Below are positions 18,743-28,689 of a stretch of DNA of 64,000 bases, piece after piece. The position numbers were made by a program, and so were the translations under genes. Under the pieces are notes generated by a model. The model saw nothing but the letters and a program-made list of their open reading frames with translations. It was not told the origin of the DNA and made no database searches. Numbering within the stretch: the first letter of the stretch is position 1; the number at the start of each line of letters is the position of its first letter. Source of the stretch: an uncultured Candidatus Rokubacteria bacterium (GTDB lineage Bacteria > Methylomirabilota > Methylomirabilia > Rokubacteriales > DASRDR01); contig CAVPSB010000007.1 in the NCBI GenBank assembly GCA_963708025.1, positions 1-64,000 on the forward strand, given 5' to 3'.

Positions 18743-19776
18743 CGTGTGACCTCCTTGGTGACGGCCTGGGAAGAACGCTTGCTGCCCCAGCCGGGGATGT
18801 AGGCGGAGAAGGCGCCGGCCCGCCCGCCGGCCGCCACGACCAGGAGGTCGTCGGGCGACTCGACCAGCGGCCGCAGCCGCGTCTCGTCGTCGGGGAGCGG
18901 GGTGCCGGCCATGCGGTGGGTGCGCTTCAGGTGGCCGTGGGAGTTCTGGGTGTGCTCGAAGACGAAGCGCCGAATGTCCGCCTTGCTCCAGCCGTCCCCG
19001 GCGATGGTCCGCATGTGCTCGCCGGCCAGGACGACCGCGTACTGCGGCTGGCCCATCACGTTGCCGGAGATGCGCATGTCGTCGCAGAGCGTCGTGAGGA
19101 CGCCCTCGGCCGTGTTGGAGAGCTGGTTGTAGAACTGGTGCGGCGCCTCGGCGGCCATGACGGTCACCGCGCTCCGATCGGGCCCGAGGCCCCGCTCGAC
19201 GTGGAGCGGCGGCCACGGGCTCTCGGCCTCGTTCTCGGCGATCACGTAGGAGAGCTTTCCCGGGTGCCCGAGGGTGCCACGGTCGAGGGTGCCGGGCCGG
19301 GAGCCGCAGACGTTCCGCATGATCAGGCGGACCGCGCGCCCGATGGTCAGGTTCGCGCGCCAGCCCGGTCCGAACAGGTTGTCTCCCGCGTTGACATCCA
19401 GCTCGCGGGCGATCGGGCCGTTGACGACCATCAGGACGGCCGCCCCCGCCGTCGAGGTGCCGGGGCCGTGGTAGCTCCACCGGGGATCGGCGATCCCCTC
19501 GACGGCGGCGACGACGACTGGCATGTATTCCGGCCGGCAGCCGGCCATCACCGCGTTGATCGCCACCTTCTCGGCCGTGATGGAGACCGCCCGGTGCGCG
19601 ACGTAGGCGATCTCGTCTCCGGGGCTCCGACCGGCGGCCACCAGCATCGTCTCGACCCGGTCGGCCGTCGGCGGCACCACCGGGAGACCGTCGGTCCACC
19701 CCTGGGCGTGGCAGAACTCGATCGCGTCCGCGACGTCGCCGACGGCGTGACGCCGCGAGGTAAGTGCGGCCGACAC
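18739..19776 (-). CDS. Conserved partner protein of UGSC-type proteins
   Basis: GWTDGLPVVPPT, TAEKVAINAVMAGC.PEY, VVNGPI, RANLTIGRA, ENE.ESPW; ATGA overlap with the selenoprotein. Confidence 0.85.
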   Translation of the reverse strand: MSAALTSRRHAVGDVADAIEFCHAQGWTDGLPVVPPTADRVETMLVAAGRSPGDEIAYVAHRAVSITAEKVAINAVMAGCRPEYMPVVVAAVEGIADPRWSYHGPGTSTAGAAVLMVVNGPIARELDVNAGDNLFGPGWRANLTIGRAVRLIMRNVCGSRPGTLDRGTLGHPGKLSYVIAENEAESPWPPLHVERGLGPDRSAVTVMAAEAPHQFYNQLSNTAEGVLTTLCDDMRISGNVMGQPQYAVVLAGEHMRTIAGDGWSKADIRRFVFEHTQNSHGHLKRTHRMAGTPLPDDETRLRPLVESPDDLLVVAAGGRAGAFSAYIPGWGSKRSSQAVTKEVTR

Positions 19777-19778
19777 GG

Positions 19779-20003
19779 TCAGCGGGCCTGGTCCGCCTCC
19801 CGGACGGCCTTCTCGGCGCCCTGGAAGCCGATCTTCGAGTGGGTCCCGTCGCAGAACGGCTTGCGGGTGGATCCGCCGCACCGGCACAGGGCGACCACCT
19901 CGCCCTCGACCTTGAACTCCTTGCCCTCGGGGTCGAGAAGCGTGATCGGGCCCTTCACCAGGTACGGGCCGTTGGGACGGGTAGTGATCGTCACTTTCTC
20001 CAC
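19779..20003 (-). CDS. CDGSH iron-sulfur domain protein
   Basis: NGPYLVKG and ALCRCGGSTRKPFCDGTH; GGAGGT SD before the GTG. Confidence 0.92.
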   Translation of the reverse strand: MEKVTITTRPNGPYLVKGPITLLDPEGKEFKVEGEVVALCRCGGSTRKPFCDGTHSKIGFQGAEKAVREADQAR

Positions 20004-20092
20004 GTGGTCACCTCCGGGGGATCGCCCCTGAATCTCGACTACCGGGGGGCAGCATACCGCCGGCTTGTCCGGATTGAAAGGGCTGGGCGTGC

Positions 20093-21007
20093 CTAGCTTG
20101 CCAAATCCTCGCGGGCGGTGGCCTGGCGCTTTTCCCGTTCCCCGGCCGCCTGCTCGATCTCGGCGTTGATCTCGGCCCCGGTGAGCAGGATCAGGCCGGT
20201 GACGTACAGCCACAGGAGGAGGAGGATGACCCCTCCGATGGAGCCGTAGGTCGCGTTGTAGTTGGCGACGGAGGCGACGTAGACGCGGAGGCCGTACGAG
20301 GCGAGCAGCCAGCTCGCCAGCGCGAAGACGGAGCCCGGGGTCACCCAGTACCAGGGCTGGTCCACCGCCGGGGCCAGGTAGTAGATGAGGCTGATGCCGG
20401 CCAGCGCGACCGAGATGGCGACCGGCCAGCGCACGATCTCCCAGACGGCGGTGAAGACGCCGCCGAGCCCGACCCAGCCGGCCAGCGCCCGGCCGAGCTG
20501 CTCGCCGAAGACGAGCAGGAGGAGGCCACACAGCACGAAGAGCGCGAAGGCAATCGTCAGGACGATGGCGATGAGACGGCGCTTCCACCAGGGGCGATCG
20601 TCGGTGACCTCGTACGCCACGTTGAGGGCGCTCATGATGGACGCCGTGCCGCTCGAGGCGGCCCACAGCGCGCCGATGGCCCCGATCGACAGCAGCCCGG
20701 CGGAGGCGCCACGCGTCACCTCGGCGAGGGTCTTCTCGACCAGGGCCGCGGAGTCGCTCGGGAGGACCCGGCCGATCACCTCCAGCAGCCGGCCCATGAG
20801 GTCGGGCCCCGGCAGCAGTCCGAGGAGCGTGGTGAGGAAGAGCAGCATCGGGAACAGCGCGAACAGGAAGTAGTAGGAGAGGGCCGCCGCTCGGTCCGGG
20901 ATCTCGTCGTCCCAGAGCTCCTCGTACACGCGTCGGCCCAGGTCGCGAAGGGAGAGCCCACCGAGCTTCCAGGGGGAGATCCGGGGGCGGCTGCTCCGGG
21001 CCGTCAC
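20093..21007 (-). CDS. YihY/BrkB family inner membrane protein
   Basis: AAALSYYFLFALFP, ALNVAY, YNATYGSIGGVILLLLWLY...GAEINA. Confidence 0.92.
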   Translation of the reverse strand: MTARSSRPRISPWKLGGLSLRDLGRRVYEELWDDEIPDRAAALSYYFLFALFPMLLFLTTLLGLLPGPDLMGRLLEVIGRVLPSDSAALVEKTLAEVTRGASAGLLSIGAIGALWAASSGTASIMSALNVAYEVTDDRPWWKRRLIAIVLTIAFALFVLCGLLLLVFGEQLGRALAGWVGLGGVFTAVWEIVRWPVAISVALAGISLIYYLAPAVDQPWYWVTPGSVFALASWLLASYGLRVYVASVANYNATYGSIGGVILLLLWLYVTGLILLTGAEINAEIEQAAGEREKRQATAREDLAS

Positions 21008-21153
21008 GAGCCTCCGGGGAGCACGTTCCGTACCGGGCGGCGAGGGCGCCGCCGAGGACGAGCCGGGCCGAGTTGAGCCGGAAGGGGAAGAGCAGCAGGG
21101 CGGCCGCGGTCCGGCATGTCCCGAGAGTATACTCGGACGGGAGTCAGGGGGTC

Positions 21154-21843
21154 ATGGAGGGAGACCGAGTCCACGCGCGAGCCGCGGCCGCCGGTCAGCT
21201 CGAGCAGGACGGCTTGTCGCCGGCACTGGTGGGGTGGCTGGCCGCCGAGCCGCGGGCCACCGGGAACGTCCTGGATGTCGGGACCGGCACCGGCCGGCTC
21301 GCCCTGGCCCTCGCTCCGCGGGCCCGGCGGGTCCTGGGCCTGGACACCGACGCCGGCGCCCTGGTCGAGGCGCGGCGGCGGGCGCGGCGAGCCGGCGTCG
21401 GCAACGTCCTGTTCGTGGTGGCCGACGCCGAGACGGCGGACTACCGGGCCCTCGGCCGGCCCGACGCCGTGGTGGCCCACCTGTGCATGTCGGACCCGAT
21501 CATCGAGCGCGCCGGTGCCGGCCTCCCGCGCGGCGGTGCCCTCGCCTTCGCGGCCTTCCACGTCGACCAGTGGCGCGAGACGGGCCACGTCTCGCGCTTC
21601 GCCTACGAGGAGGAGCGAGCGCGGGCCGTGCTTGCCGCCGCCGGCTTGCGCGTGGAGAAACTGGAGATCGAGCGCGAGGTCACGCGGTTCGAATCGGCCG
21701 CGGACGCGCTCCAGGGTGTCGGGCGCCTCCGGGAGAAGTGGCAGGGCGACGGACGCTGGGCCGGCTGGGAGCGCTTCGTCGCCGACGGGGGCCGAACGCT
21801 GACGGAGAGCCGGCTGGTCGTCCTGGCCCGGAAGACGGAGTGA
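21154..21843 (+). CDS. Class I SAM-dependent methyltransferase
   Basis: VLDVGTGTGRLA, VLGLD, VADAE. Confidence 0.85.
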   Translation: MEGDRVHARAAAAGQLEQDGLSPALVGWLAAEPRATGNVLDVGTGTGRLALALAPRARRVLGLDTDAGALVEARRRARRAGVGNVLFVVADAETADYRALGRPDAVVAHLCMSDPIIERAGAGLPRGGALAFAAFHVDQWRETGHVSRFAYEEERARAVLAAAGLRVEKLEIEREVTRFESAADALQGVGRLREKWQGDGRWAGWERFVADGGRTLTESRLVVLARKTE

Positions 21844-21845
21844 GA

Positions 21846-22129
21846 GCGTGGAGCAATCGGCGCGTCCGGCCCCCCCCGGTGGGTGGGGGAGGGGGGCCGG
21901 GGGGGTGGGGCGGGAGTCCCGAGCTGAGCGCGGGTGAAGGCATGCAGTCCTCCGGCTCCCCTCCCCCCGGCCAAAGGCCGAAGGCCGTCCAATCGGTAGG
22001 GGAGGGGGGCCGGGGGGGTGGGCGGGAGGTGCTGAGCTGAGCACGGGTGAAGGCATGCAGTCCTCCGGCTCCCCCCTCCCCCCGGTGGGTGGGGGAGGGG
22101 GGCCGGGGGGGTGGGCGGGAGGTCCCAAA
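21846..22129 (+). repeat. Family A repeat, three tandem units
   Basis: Units joined by GAGCTGAGC(G/A)CGGGTGAAGGCATGCAGTCCTCCGGCTCCCC; the last unit ends GGAGGTCCCAAA-GTG at the queG start. Confidence 0.92.
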
Positions 22130-23161
22130 GTGCTGGCCCAGCGGGTGAAGATCGCCGGGAGGCGGCTCGGCTTCGACCTGGTCGCGATCGGCCCCGCCGA
22201 TCCGCCCGAGCACGCCGCGGAGTTCGCCGCCTGGCTCGACGCCGGGTACGCCGGCACGATGGGCTATCTGGAGCGCGGGCGCGCCGGGCGGCTCGAGCCC
22301 GGCCAGGTGCTCCCGGGAGCCCGCTCGGTCATCGCGGTCGCCCTCAACTACTATCAGGGCGCCGACGCGGCGGGTCCCGCCCACGTCTCCCGCTACGCGT
22401 GGGGCGCCGACTACCATGCGGTGATGGAGCCCCGCCTCCGCGCGCTGCTCGACGACCTCGTCGCCGCCGCGCCCGGCACCCGGGGGCGGGTCTACGTGGA
22501 CACCGGTCCCGTCCTGGAGCGGGACCTGGCGGCGCGAGCCGGCCTGGGGTGGATCGGGAAGAACACGATGCTGCTCCATCCGGCGCTCGGCTCCTATTTC
22601 TTCATCGGGGTCGTGCTGACCACCGCCGAGCTGGCCGCGGACAGCGGGCTGCCCGATCGCTGCGGGAGCTGCACCCGCTGTCTGGAGGCCTGTCCCACCC
22701 AGGCCTTCGTCGCGCCCTATGTTCTCGACGCGCGGCGCTGCATCGCGTATCTCACGATCGAGCATCGAGGCCCGATCCCCGTCGAGCTGCGGGAGGGGAT
22801 CGAGGGGCTGGCCTTCGGGTGCGACGTGTGCCAGGACGTCTGTCCGTGGAACCGGCGGGCGCCGGTCACGGCCGAGGCGGCCTTCGCCGCCCGGGAGCTG
22901 CCGGCCCTGACGGAGCTGGTGGCGCTCAACGACGAGGACTACCGGCAGCGTCTGGGCGGCAGTCCGCTTCGCCGGGCCCGGCGCCGCGGGCTGGCCCGGA
23001 GCGCGGCGGTGGCGCTCGGGAACACCGGCGACGTGGCGGCCGTGGCGCCGCTCGAGGCCGCGCTGGACGATCCCGACGCCGAGGTGCGGGAGCACGCCGC
23101 CTGGGCGATCGAGCGCCTGACCGGCCGGAGGAGGAGCGACGATGATCGACCGGACACGTGA
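22130..23161 (+). CDS. queG: tRNA epoxyqueuosine(34) reductase
   Basis: SRYAWGADYH, VDTGPVLER, GWIGKN, CGSCTRCLEACPT, RCIAYLTIE, GCDVCQDVCPWN. Confidence 0.95.
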   Translation: MLAQRVKIAGRRLGFDLVAIGPADPPEHAAEFAAWLDAGYAGTMGYLERGRAGRLEPGQVLPGARSVIAVALNYYQGADAAGPAHVSRYAWGADYHAVMEPRLRALLDDLVAAAPGTRGRVYVDTGPVLERDLAARAGLGWIGKNTMLLHPALGSYFFIGVVLTTAELAADSGLPDRCGSCTRCLEACPTQAFVAPYVLDARRCIAYLTIEHRGPIPVELREGIEGLAFGCDVCQDVCPWNRRAPVTAEAAFAARELPALTELVALNDEDYRQRLGGSPLRRARRRGLARSAAVALGNTGDVAAVAPLEAALDDPDAEVREHAAWAIERLTGRRRSDDDRPDT

Positions 23162-23756
23162 CGCGCTGGTGCTGGTGGACGTCCAGAACGACTTCTGTCC
23201 CGGGGGCTCGCTGGCGGTGCCGGAGGGCGACCGGGTGGTGCCGGTGCTGAACCGCTACGTCGGGCTGTTCGCGGCCGCCGGCGCCACGATCTTCGCCTCC
23301 CGCGACTGGCACCCGGTGAAGACGAAGCACTTCCAGGCGGACGGTGGTGCCTGGCCGCCCCACTGCGTGCAGGGGACATCCGGCGCTGCCTTCCATCCCA
23401 CACTCGCCGTTCCGGGGGACGCGGTCATCGTCTCGAAGGGCATGGACCCCGAGCTGGACGCCTACTCGGCGTTCCAGGGGGAGGACCCGGCCGGCCGGCC
23501 CCTGGCGGTCGCCCTCGCGGAGCGTGGGCTGCGGCGCCTCTGCGTGGGCGGGCTCGCCACGGACTACTGCGTCAGGGCCACGGTGCTCGACGCGCTCCGG
23601 GAGGGGTTCGAGGTGCTGGTCCTGGCGGACGCCGTCCGGGCCGTCAACGTGAAGCCGGGCGACGGCGAGCGGGCGATCGCCGAGATGCGAGAGGCCGGCG
23701 CCCGGTTCGTGACGCTCGACGCTCCCGAGGTGACCGCGCCGCCGGCCCGCGGATGA
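23142..23756 (+). CDS. pncA: Nicotinamidase/pyrazinamidase
   Basis: DVQNDFCPGGSLAV, DWHP, WPPHCVQG, GLATDYCV. Confidence 0.92.
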   Translation: MIDRTRDALVLVDVQNDFCPGGSLAVPEGDRVVPVLNRYVGLFAAAGATIFASRDWHPVKTKHFQADGGAWPPHCVQGTSGAAFHPTLAVPGDAVIVSKGMDPELDAYSAFQGEDPAGRPLAVALAERGLRRLCVGGLATDYCVRATVLDALREGFEVLVLADAVRAVNVKPGDGERAIAEMREAGARFVTLDAPEVTAPPARG

Positions 23757-24193
23757 CGACGGCCCGCGTCGGCGCCGCCGCGCTCCTGTTGCTGGCGGTG
23801 GGCGTCGCCTGGGAGAGCCGACGGCTGCCGCTCGGGACCCATCACGGGCCCGGCCCCGGGTATTTCCCTCTCCTCCTCGCTACTGCCCTCGCGCTGCTGG
23901 CCCTGGTGATCATGGCCCGCCGGGGGGAGGCGCTGCCCGTCGGGTCGCTGAGCTGGGTGGAGATCCCCCGGGCCCTGGCCATCTTCGGCGCGGCGGCGTT
24001 CGCCGCGCTCGCGCTGGAGCGCCTGGGGTACCGGCTCACCGTGGTCGCCCTCCTGGCCTTCCTGCTCGGTCTGGTGGAGCGCCGGCGCCCGTGGCTCGTC
24101 GTGGTCCTCGCGGTCGGCGTCGCGCTCGGCTCGTTCTGGGTTTTCGACACGCTTCTGCGCGTCCCGCTGCCTCGCGGGCCGGCCGCATTCTGA
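23753..24193 (+). CDS. tctB: Tripartite tricarboxylate transporter small TM subunit
   Basis: GPGPGYFP, LERLGY, LRVPLPRG. Confidence 0.88.
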   Translation: MTTARVGAAALLLLAVGVAWESRRLPLGTHHGPGPGYFPLLLATALALLALVIMARRGEALPVGSLSWVEIPRALAIFGAAAFAALALERLGYRLTVVALLAFLLGLVERRRPWLVVVLAVGVALGSFWVFDTLLRVPLPRGPAAF

Positions 24194-25714
24194 ATGGCCG
24201 AAACGCTGGCCAATCTCGCATTAGGCTTCTCGGTCGCCCTCAGCCCCAGCGTCCTGCTCTACGGCTTCGTGGGCTGCCTCGTCGGGACGCTGGTCGGGGT
24301 GCTGCCGGGCATCGGGCCGCTGGCGGGGATCAGCCTGCTCCTGCCGGCCAGCTTCGGTCTCGACGCCACCTCGGCGGTGGTGCTGCTGGCCGGGATCTAC
24401 TACGGCGCGATGTACGGTGGGTCCACGACCTCGATCCTCCTGCGGATCCCCGGCGAGGCCGCCTCGGTCGTGACGTGCCTGGACGGCTACGCCATGGCCC
24501 GGAAGGGCCGGGCGGGGCCGGCGCTGACCATCGCGGCGGTGGGCTCGTACCTGGCGGGGACGGCCTCCGTGGTGGCGCTCATGCTCATGGCCCCGCCGCT
24601 GGCCCGCATCGCGCTGCGCTTCGGCCCGCCGGAGTACACGGCCCTGCTGGTGCTGGGGCTGCTCGTGCTCGGCTACATGAGCGGCGGCTCGGTCCCGAAG
24701 TCGCTGGCCATGGCCATCCTGGGCCTGCTGCTCGGGATGGTCGGGATCGACCCGATGACGGGCTTCTTCCGGTTCTCCTACGGCCTCGTGGAGCTGGGGG
24801 ACGGGATCGGCATCGTGCCGGTGGCGGTCGGGCTCTTCGGCCTCGCCGAGATCCTCGCCACCGCCGGCCAGGCGGCGCCGCCGGCCGTGCTCCGCCCGCG
24901 GCTCCGGGACCTGCTGCCTTCCCGCGAGGAGTGGCGGCGGTCGTGGGGCCCCATCGGCCGGGGCAGCGTGCTGGGATTCGCCATCGGCGTCATTCCCGGC
25001 TCCGCCCACATCATCTCGAGCTTCGTCTCCTACGCGGTGGAGCGGCGGCTGTCGCGCCGCCCCGAGGAGTTCGGCCACGGCGCCGTCGAGGGGGTGGCGG
25101 GGCCGGAGTCGGCGAACAACGCGGCCACCTCCGGCGCCTTCGTCCCCATGCTCGCGCTCGGGGTCCCCTCGGGGCCGATCACCGCGGTCATGATGGCCGC
25201 GCTGATGATCCACGGCATCAGTCCCGGCCCGCTCCTGATCCGGGAGCAGCCGGCGCTCTTCTGGGGCTTCATCGCCAGCATGTACGTCGGCAACGTGATG
25301 CTGCTGATCCTGAATCTCCCGCTCGTCGGCCTGTTCGTGAACCTGCTGCGGATCCCGTACCCCGTGCTGTATCCGTTGATCCTGGTGTTCGCCATCCTGG
25401 GGGTCTACGCCGTCAACGCGAGCGTGGTCGACGTGTGGATCATGGCGGTGACCGGCGTCGCCGGGTACCTGCTCCGGAAGCTCGGCTTCGAGCTGGCCCC
25501 GGTCGTCCTCGGGCTCGTCCTGGGCCCGATGCTCGAGATGAGCCTGCGCCAGTCGCTGGCGCTCTCGGGGGGCAGCTACGCGATCTTCGTCCAGCGGCCC
25601 ATCGCGGCAACCTTGCTGGCGGCCGCCGCCGCCCTTATGCTGGTGTCACTCTGGCGGCGACCGCGACCCGCCCGGCCGGCGGGGGAGCCCGCCGCCGCTT
25701 CCGAGACCCCGTGA
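24194..25714 (+). CDS. tctA: Tripartite tricarboxylate transporter large TM subunit
   Basis: GVLPGIG, YYGAMYGGS, IPGEAAS, PESANNA. Confidence 0.93.
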   Translation: MAETLANLALGFSVALSPSVLLYGFVGCLVGTLVGVLPGIGPLAGISLLLPASFGLDATSAVVLLAGIYYGAMYGGSTTSILLRIPGEAASVVTCLDGYAMARKGRAGPALTIAAVGSYLAGTASVVALMLMAPPLARIALRFGPPEYTALLVLGLLVLGYMSGGSVPKSLAMAILGLLLGMVGIDPMTGFFRFSYGLVELGDGIGIVPVAVGLFGLAEILATAGQAAPPAVLRPRLRDLLPSREEWRRSWGPIGRGSVLGFAIGVIPGSAHIISSFVSYAVERRLSRRPEEFGHGAVEGVAGPESANNAATSGAFVPMLALGVPSGPITAVMMAALMIHGISPGPLLIREQPALFWGFIASMYVGNVMLLILNLPLVGLFVNLLRIPYPVLYPLILVFAILGVYAVNASVVDVWIMAVTGVAGYLLRKLGFELAPVVLGLVLGPMLEMSLRQSLALSGGSYAIFVQRPIAATLLAAAAALMLVSLWRRPRPARPAGEPAAASETP

Positions 25715-25728
25715 CCGAGGAGGAGCCG

Positions 25729-26703
25729 ATGAAGGCGCTCGTGCTGGGGCTGGCTGCTCTGGTGGTCGGGATCGGGGCGCTCGGCGGCGCCGAAGCCCAG
25801 GACGCGTTTCCGTCGCGCCCGCTCTCGATCGTCGTCCCGTTCCCGCCGGGCGGCGTGGCCGATCTCCACGCGCGGCCGCTGGCGCCGGTGCTCGAGCGGA
25901 TCCTCAAGCAGCCGGTGGCCGTGGTCAACAAGAGCGGGGCGGCCGGCGCGGTCGGGATGCAGGCGGTGGCGACGAGCAAGGCGGACGGCTACACGCTGCT
26001 CCTGGCGCTGTCGAGCATCTCGATCATCCCGGAGGTCGACCGCCTCTTCGGCCGGCCGCCCGCCTACTCGCGGGACCAGCTGGCCCCGATCGCCCTCCTG
26101 AGCGCCGACCCGACAGTCCTGGTGGTCCGGGCGGAGAGCCCGTGGCGGAGCGTGGCCGACCTGGTGGCCGACGCGAAGCGACGACCGGGCGCGATCACCT
26201 TCAGCTCGTCCGGCGTGTACGGCACCCTGCACATGGCCATGGAGCTGTTCTCCCATGCCGCCGGGATCCGGCTTCGCCACGTTCCCTACGCTGGCGGCGG
26301 CCCGGCGGTGACGGCCCTCCTCGGCGGACACGTGGACGCGCTGGCATCCGGCCCGAGCGTGGTGATCCCGCACCTCAAGGCGGGGACGCTGCGCGCGCTG
26401 GCGTGCTGGGGTGAGCGGCGGCTCCCGGCGCTGCCCGAGGTCCCGACGCTGAAGGAGCTGGGGTACGACGCCGAGTTCTACATCTGGGCGGGGCTGTTCG
26501 CGCCGAAGGCCACGCCGCCGGCGGTGTTGCGCGTCCTGCGAGACGCGGTCCGCCAGGCGGCCGCCGACCCCGAGTTCAAGGGGGCGATGGCCAAGCTGGA
26601 GACGCCGATCCAGTACCTGGACGCGGAGGACTTCCAGCGCTTCTGGGACAAGGACGCCCAGGCCCTGGCCGAGGGCGTGCGGCGCGTCGGTCGCGTCGAG
26701 TAG
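25729..26703 (+). CDS. tctC: Tripartite tricarboxylate transporter substrate-binding protein (Bug)
   Basis: Signal peptide; VPFPPGG, NKSGAAG, ADGYTLL, HVPYAGGGPA, PEVPTLKELG. Confidence 0.92.
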   Translation: MKALVLGLAALVVGIGALGGAEAQDAFPSRPLSIVVPFPPGGVADLHARPLAPVLERILKQPVAVVNKSGAAGAVGMQAVATSKADGYTLLLALSSISIIPEVDRLFGRPPAYSRDQLAPIALLSADPTVLVVRAESPWRSVADLVADAKRRPGAITFSSSGVYGTLHMAMELFSHAAGIRLRHVPYAGGGPAVTALLGGHVDALASGPSVVIPHLKAGTLRALACWGERRLPALPEVPTLKELGYDAEFYIWAGLFAPKATPPAVLRVLRDAVRQAAADPEFKGAMAKLETPIQYLDAEDFQRFWDKDAQALAEGVRRVGRVE

Positions 26704-26795
26704 CCCCCGAGCCGTGTGCTAAGATTTCCGCGTCAGGCCGTCCCGCTCGAGCTCGCGAACCGCTGAACCCCGAGCCAGGAGAAACCGCTCCGCCG

Positions 26796-27344
26796 ATGGC
26801 CATCCTGAAGGTCGCCCGCCTCGGCCACCCCGTGCTCCGACGCGTCGCCGATCCCGTCCCGCTCGGCGAGCTCGCGCGGCCGGAGATGCAGCGCTTCATC
26901 GACGACATGGTGGAGACGATGCACGAGTACGACGGCGTCGGCCTGGCCGCGCCGCAGGTGCACGTCTCGCGCCAGCTCGCCGTCCTCGAGGTCGAGTCGC
27001 ACCCGCGCCATCCGGACTTGCCGAAGATCCCACTGATGGTCATCGTGAACCCGGTACTCACCCCGATCGGCGAGGAGACGGGATCCGACTGGGAGGGCTG
27101 TCTCTCCATCCCCGAGTTCCGGGGCATGACCCCCCGTTACACCACTGTCCGCCTGGAGGCGTACGGCCGGAATGGGGAAAAGATCGAGCTGGTGGCCAAG
27201 GACTTCTTCGCTCGCGTGCTCCAGCACGAGACCGACCACCTCAAGGGGCGCGTCTACATCGATCGCATGCGCGACCTCACGACCCTCTCGCACATGCACG
27301 AGTGGATGCGCTACTGGGCGCGTCACGAGGGCGGGGAGCAGTGA
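26796..27344 (+). CDS. def: Peptide deformylase
   Basis: GVGLAAPQ, EGCLS, QHETDHL. Confidence 0.96.
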   Translation: MAILKVARLGHPVLRRVADPVPLGELARPEMQRFIDDMVETMHEYDGVGLAAPQVHVSRQLAVLEVESHPRHPDLPKIPLMVIVNPVLTPIGEETGSDWEGCLSIPEFRGMTPRYTTVRLEAYGRNGEKIELVAKDFFARVLQHETDHLKGRVYIDRMRDLTTLSHMHEWMRYWARHEGGEQ

Positions 27345-27721
27345 CGGGTCCAAGCCGCCCCATCCTCGCGCTCGTGCGCGATCTGCTCTTCCAGACCCGG
27401 ATCGCCGACACTGCCCGGCGGCTGGGCTACCCGTGCCGGACCGTCCGGGGCCTGGACGAGCTGCGGGCTGGCCTCGGCGACACGCCCGGCCTGGTGATGA
27501 TCGACCTCACCGCGACGGCGGTCGACCTGGACGCCGCGCTCGGCGCCATCGAGGCGGCCGGCCGGCCGGCCCCCGTGCTCGGGTGGACGACCCACGTCCT
27601 GTGGAAGGAGACGAAGCCGCTCCACGGCCGGTGCGACCGGGTGGTGACGCGCGAGGAGCTGACCGAGAAGCTTCCCGACCTCCTGCGGGCCTACCTCGAC
27701 CACTCGGCCCCGGCGCCCTGA
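27341..27721 (+). CDS. Receiver-like single-domain protein
   Basis: GTGA overlap with def; ILALVRDLLF...LVMIDL...VLGWTTHV alpha/beta pattern. Confidence 0.65.
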   Translation: MTGPSRPILALVRDLLFQTRIADTARRLGYPCRTVRGLDELRAGLGDTPGLVMIDLTATAVDLDAALGAIEAAGRPAPVLGWTTHVLWKETKPLHGRCDRVVTREELTEKLPDLLRAYLDHSAPAP

Positions 27722-27727
27722 GGTCAA

Positions 27728-27829
27728 CGTGTGAAGACGGTCTCCCCATGTCTGGCCGGGCGCTCCGAACCCCCCCCTCCCCCCGGTGGGTGGGGGAGGG
27801 GGGCCGGGGGGGTAGGCGGGAGGTCCCAA
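27728..27829 (+). repeat. Family A repeat
   Basis: CCCCCTCCCCCCGGTGGGTGGGGGAGGGGGGCCGGGGGGGTAGGCGGGAGGTCCCAA followed by TTG. Confidence 0.9.
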
Positions 27830-28489
27830 TTGGACACTGAAGCGTTCGTCAAGGATCTGGATGCGCGCAACCAGGAGCTGCTCCGCCGACTCGCGCCGGA
27901 GGCGGCGCTCGAGCCCGAGGTCGAGGGCGACCTGAGCGTGGTGAATCTCCTGAAGGTCGCGCTCAAGAACGAGATCGAGGCCACCGAATCCGCGGCCCGG
28001 TGGCTGGTCACGACGCCGGAGATCGACGTCAAGCTGGCCCTGGCCCGCCAGGTCGGCGACGAGGCCAAGCACTACCGGCTCATCGCCGACCGGCTCGCCG
28101 AGCTGGGATTCGACGCCCGCCAGTTCAACCCGCTGGCCAAGGGATACGGGCCCCTGTTCCAGTACCTGGACACGCTGGCGACGACGGTCGAGCGGGTGGC
28201 GGCCGGGCAGTTCACCCGCGAGGCGATCGCCATCGTGAAGAACCGCCAGTTCATCGAGTTCTGCGAGGCGGCCGGGGACGCGACGACCGCGCGGCTCTAC
28301 CGGGAGACCATCGAGCCCGACGAGCGGCACCACCACGACCTGGGCCGCCGGCTCCTCCTTCGCTATGCGACGACGGACGAGACCCAGGAGGCGGCCCGGC
28401 GCGCCTCCCGGCGAACCCTGGAGCTGGCCGAGGAGCTGCAAGGCATGGCGCTCAAGACCGCCGGGATCCACCATGCTCCAGGCTGCTGA
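27830..28489 (+). CDS. Ferritin-like di-iron protein
   Basis: NEIEA, GDEAKH, REA, DERHH ligand pattern; TTG start 5 nt after the repeat-borne GGAGGT. Confidence 0.8.
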   Translation: MDTEAFVKDLDARNQELLRRLAPEAALEPEVEGDLSVVNLLKVALKNEIEATESAARWLVTTPEIDVKLALARQVGDEAKHYRLIADRLAELGFDARQFNPLAKGYGPLFQYLDTLATTVERVAAGQFTREAIAIVKNRQFIEFCEAAGDATTARLYRETIEPDERHHHDLGRRLLLRYATTDETQEAARRASRRTLELAEELQGMALKTAGIHHAPGC

Positions 28490-28549
28490 GAACATCGGAG
28501 CCGGCAGGCGATGGCCGGGATGTCCCGGGCCGAGCCCTCGCGAGCAAAC

Positions 28550-28633
28550 CGAACTGAGAGCGTCGGGCTTCCGGCTCCCCCCTCCCCCCGGTGGGTGGGG
28601 GAGGGGGGTTGGGGGGTAGGCGGGAGGTTCCGA
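28550..28633 (+). repeat. Family A repeat
   Basis: TCCGGCTCCCCCCTCCCCCCGGTGGGTGGGGGAGGGGGGTTGGGGGGTAGGCGGGAGGTTCCGA. Confidence 0.9.
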
Positions 28634-28689
28634 TAGGAGGTTCGCGGGGGGGACCTCGACGATCCACTCCGAAGCTGATAGGTGATGAG

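Noticed and set aside
21846-22129. Tandem repeat units (also 63095-63367 and 1960-2202) as a CRISPR array
   Set aside because: Units are 80-110 bp, degenerate, lack unique constant-length spacers, recur as dispersed singles, and no cas genes are present.
22055-22129. Pro/Gly-rich N-terminal extensions of queG and of the ORFs starting at 27731, 28591, 58804 and 63455
   Set aside because: They are translations of the family A repeat; homologous domains start downstream.
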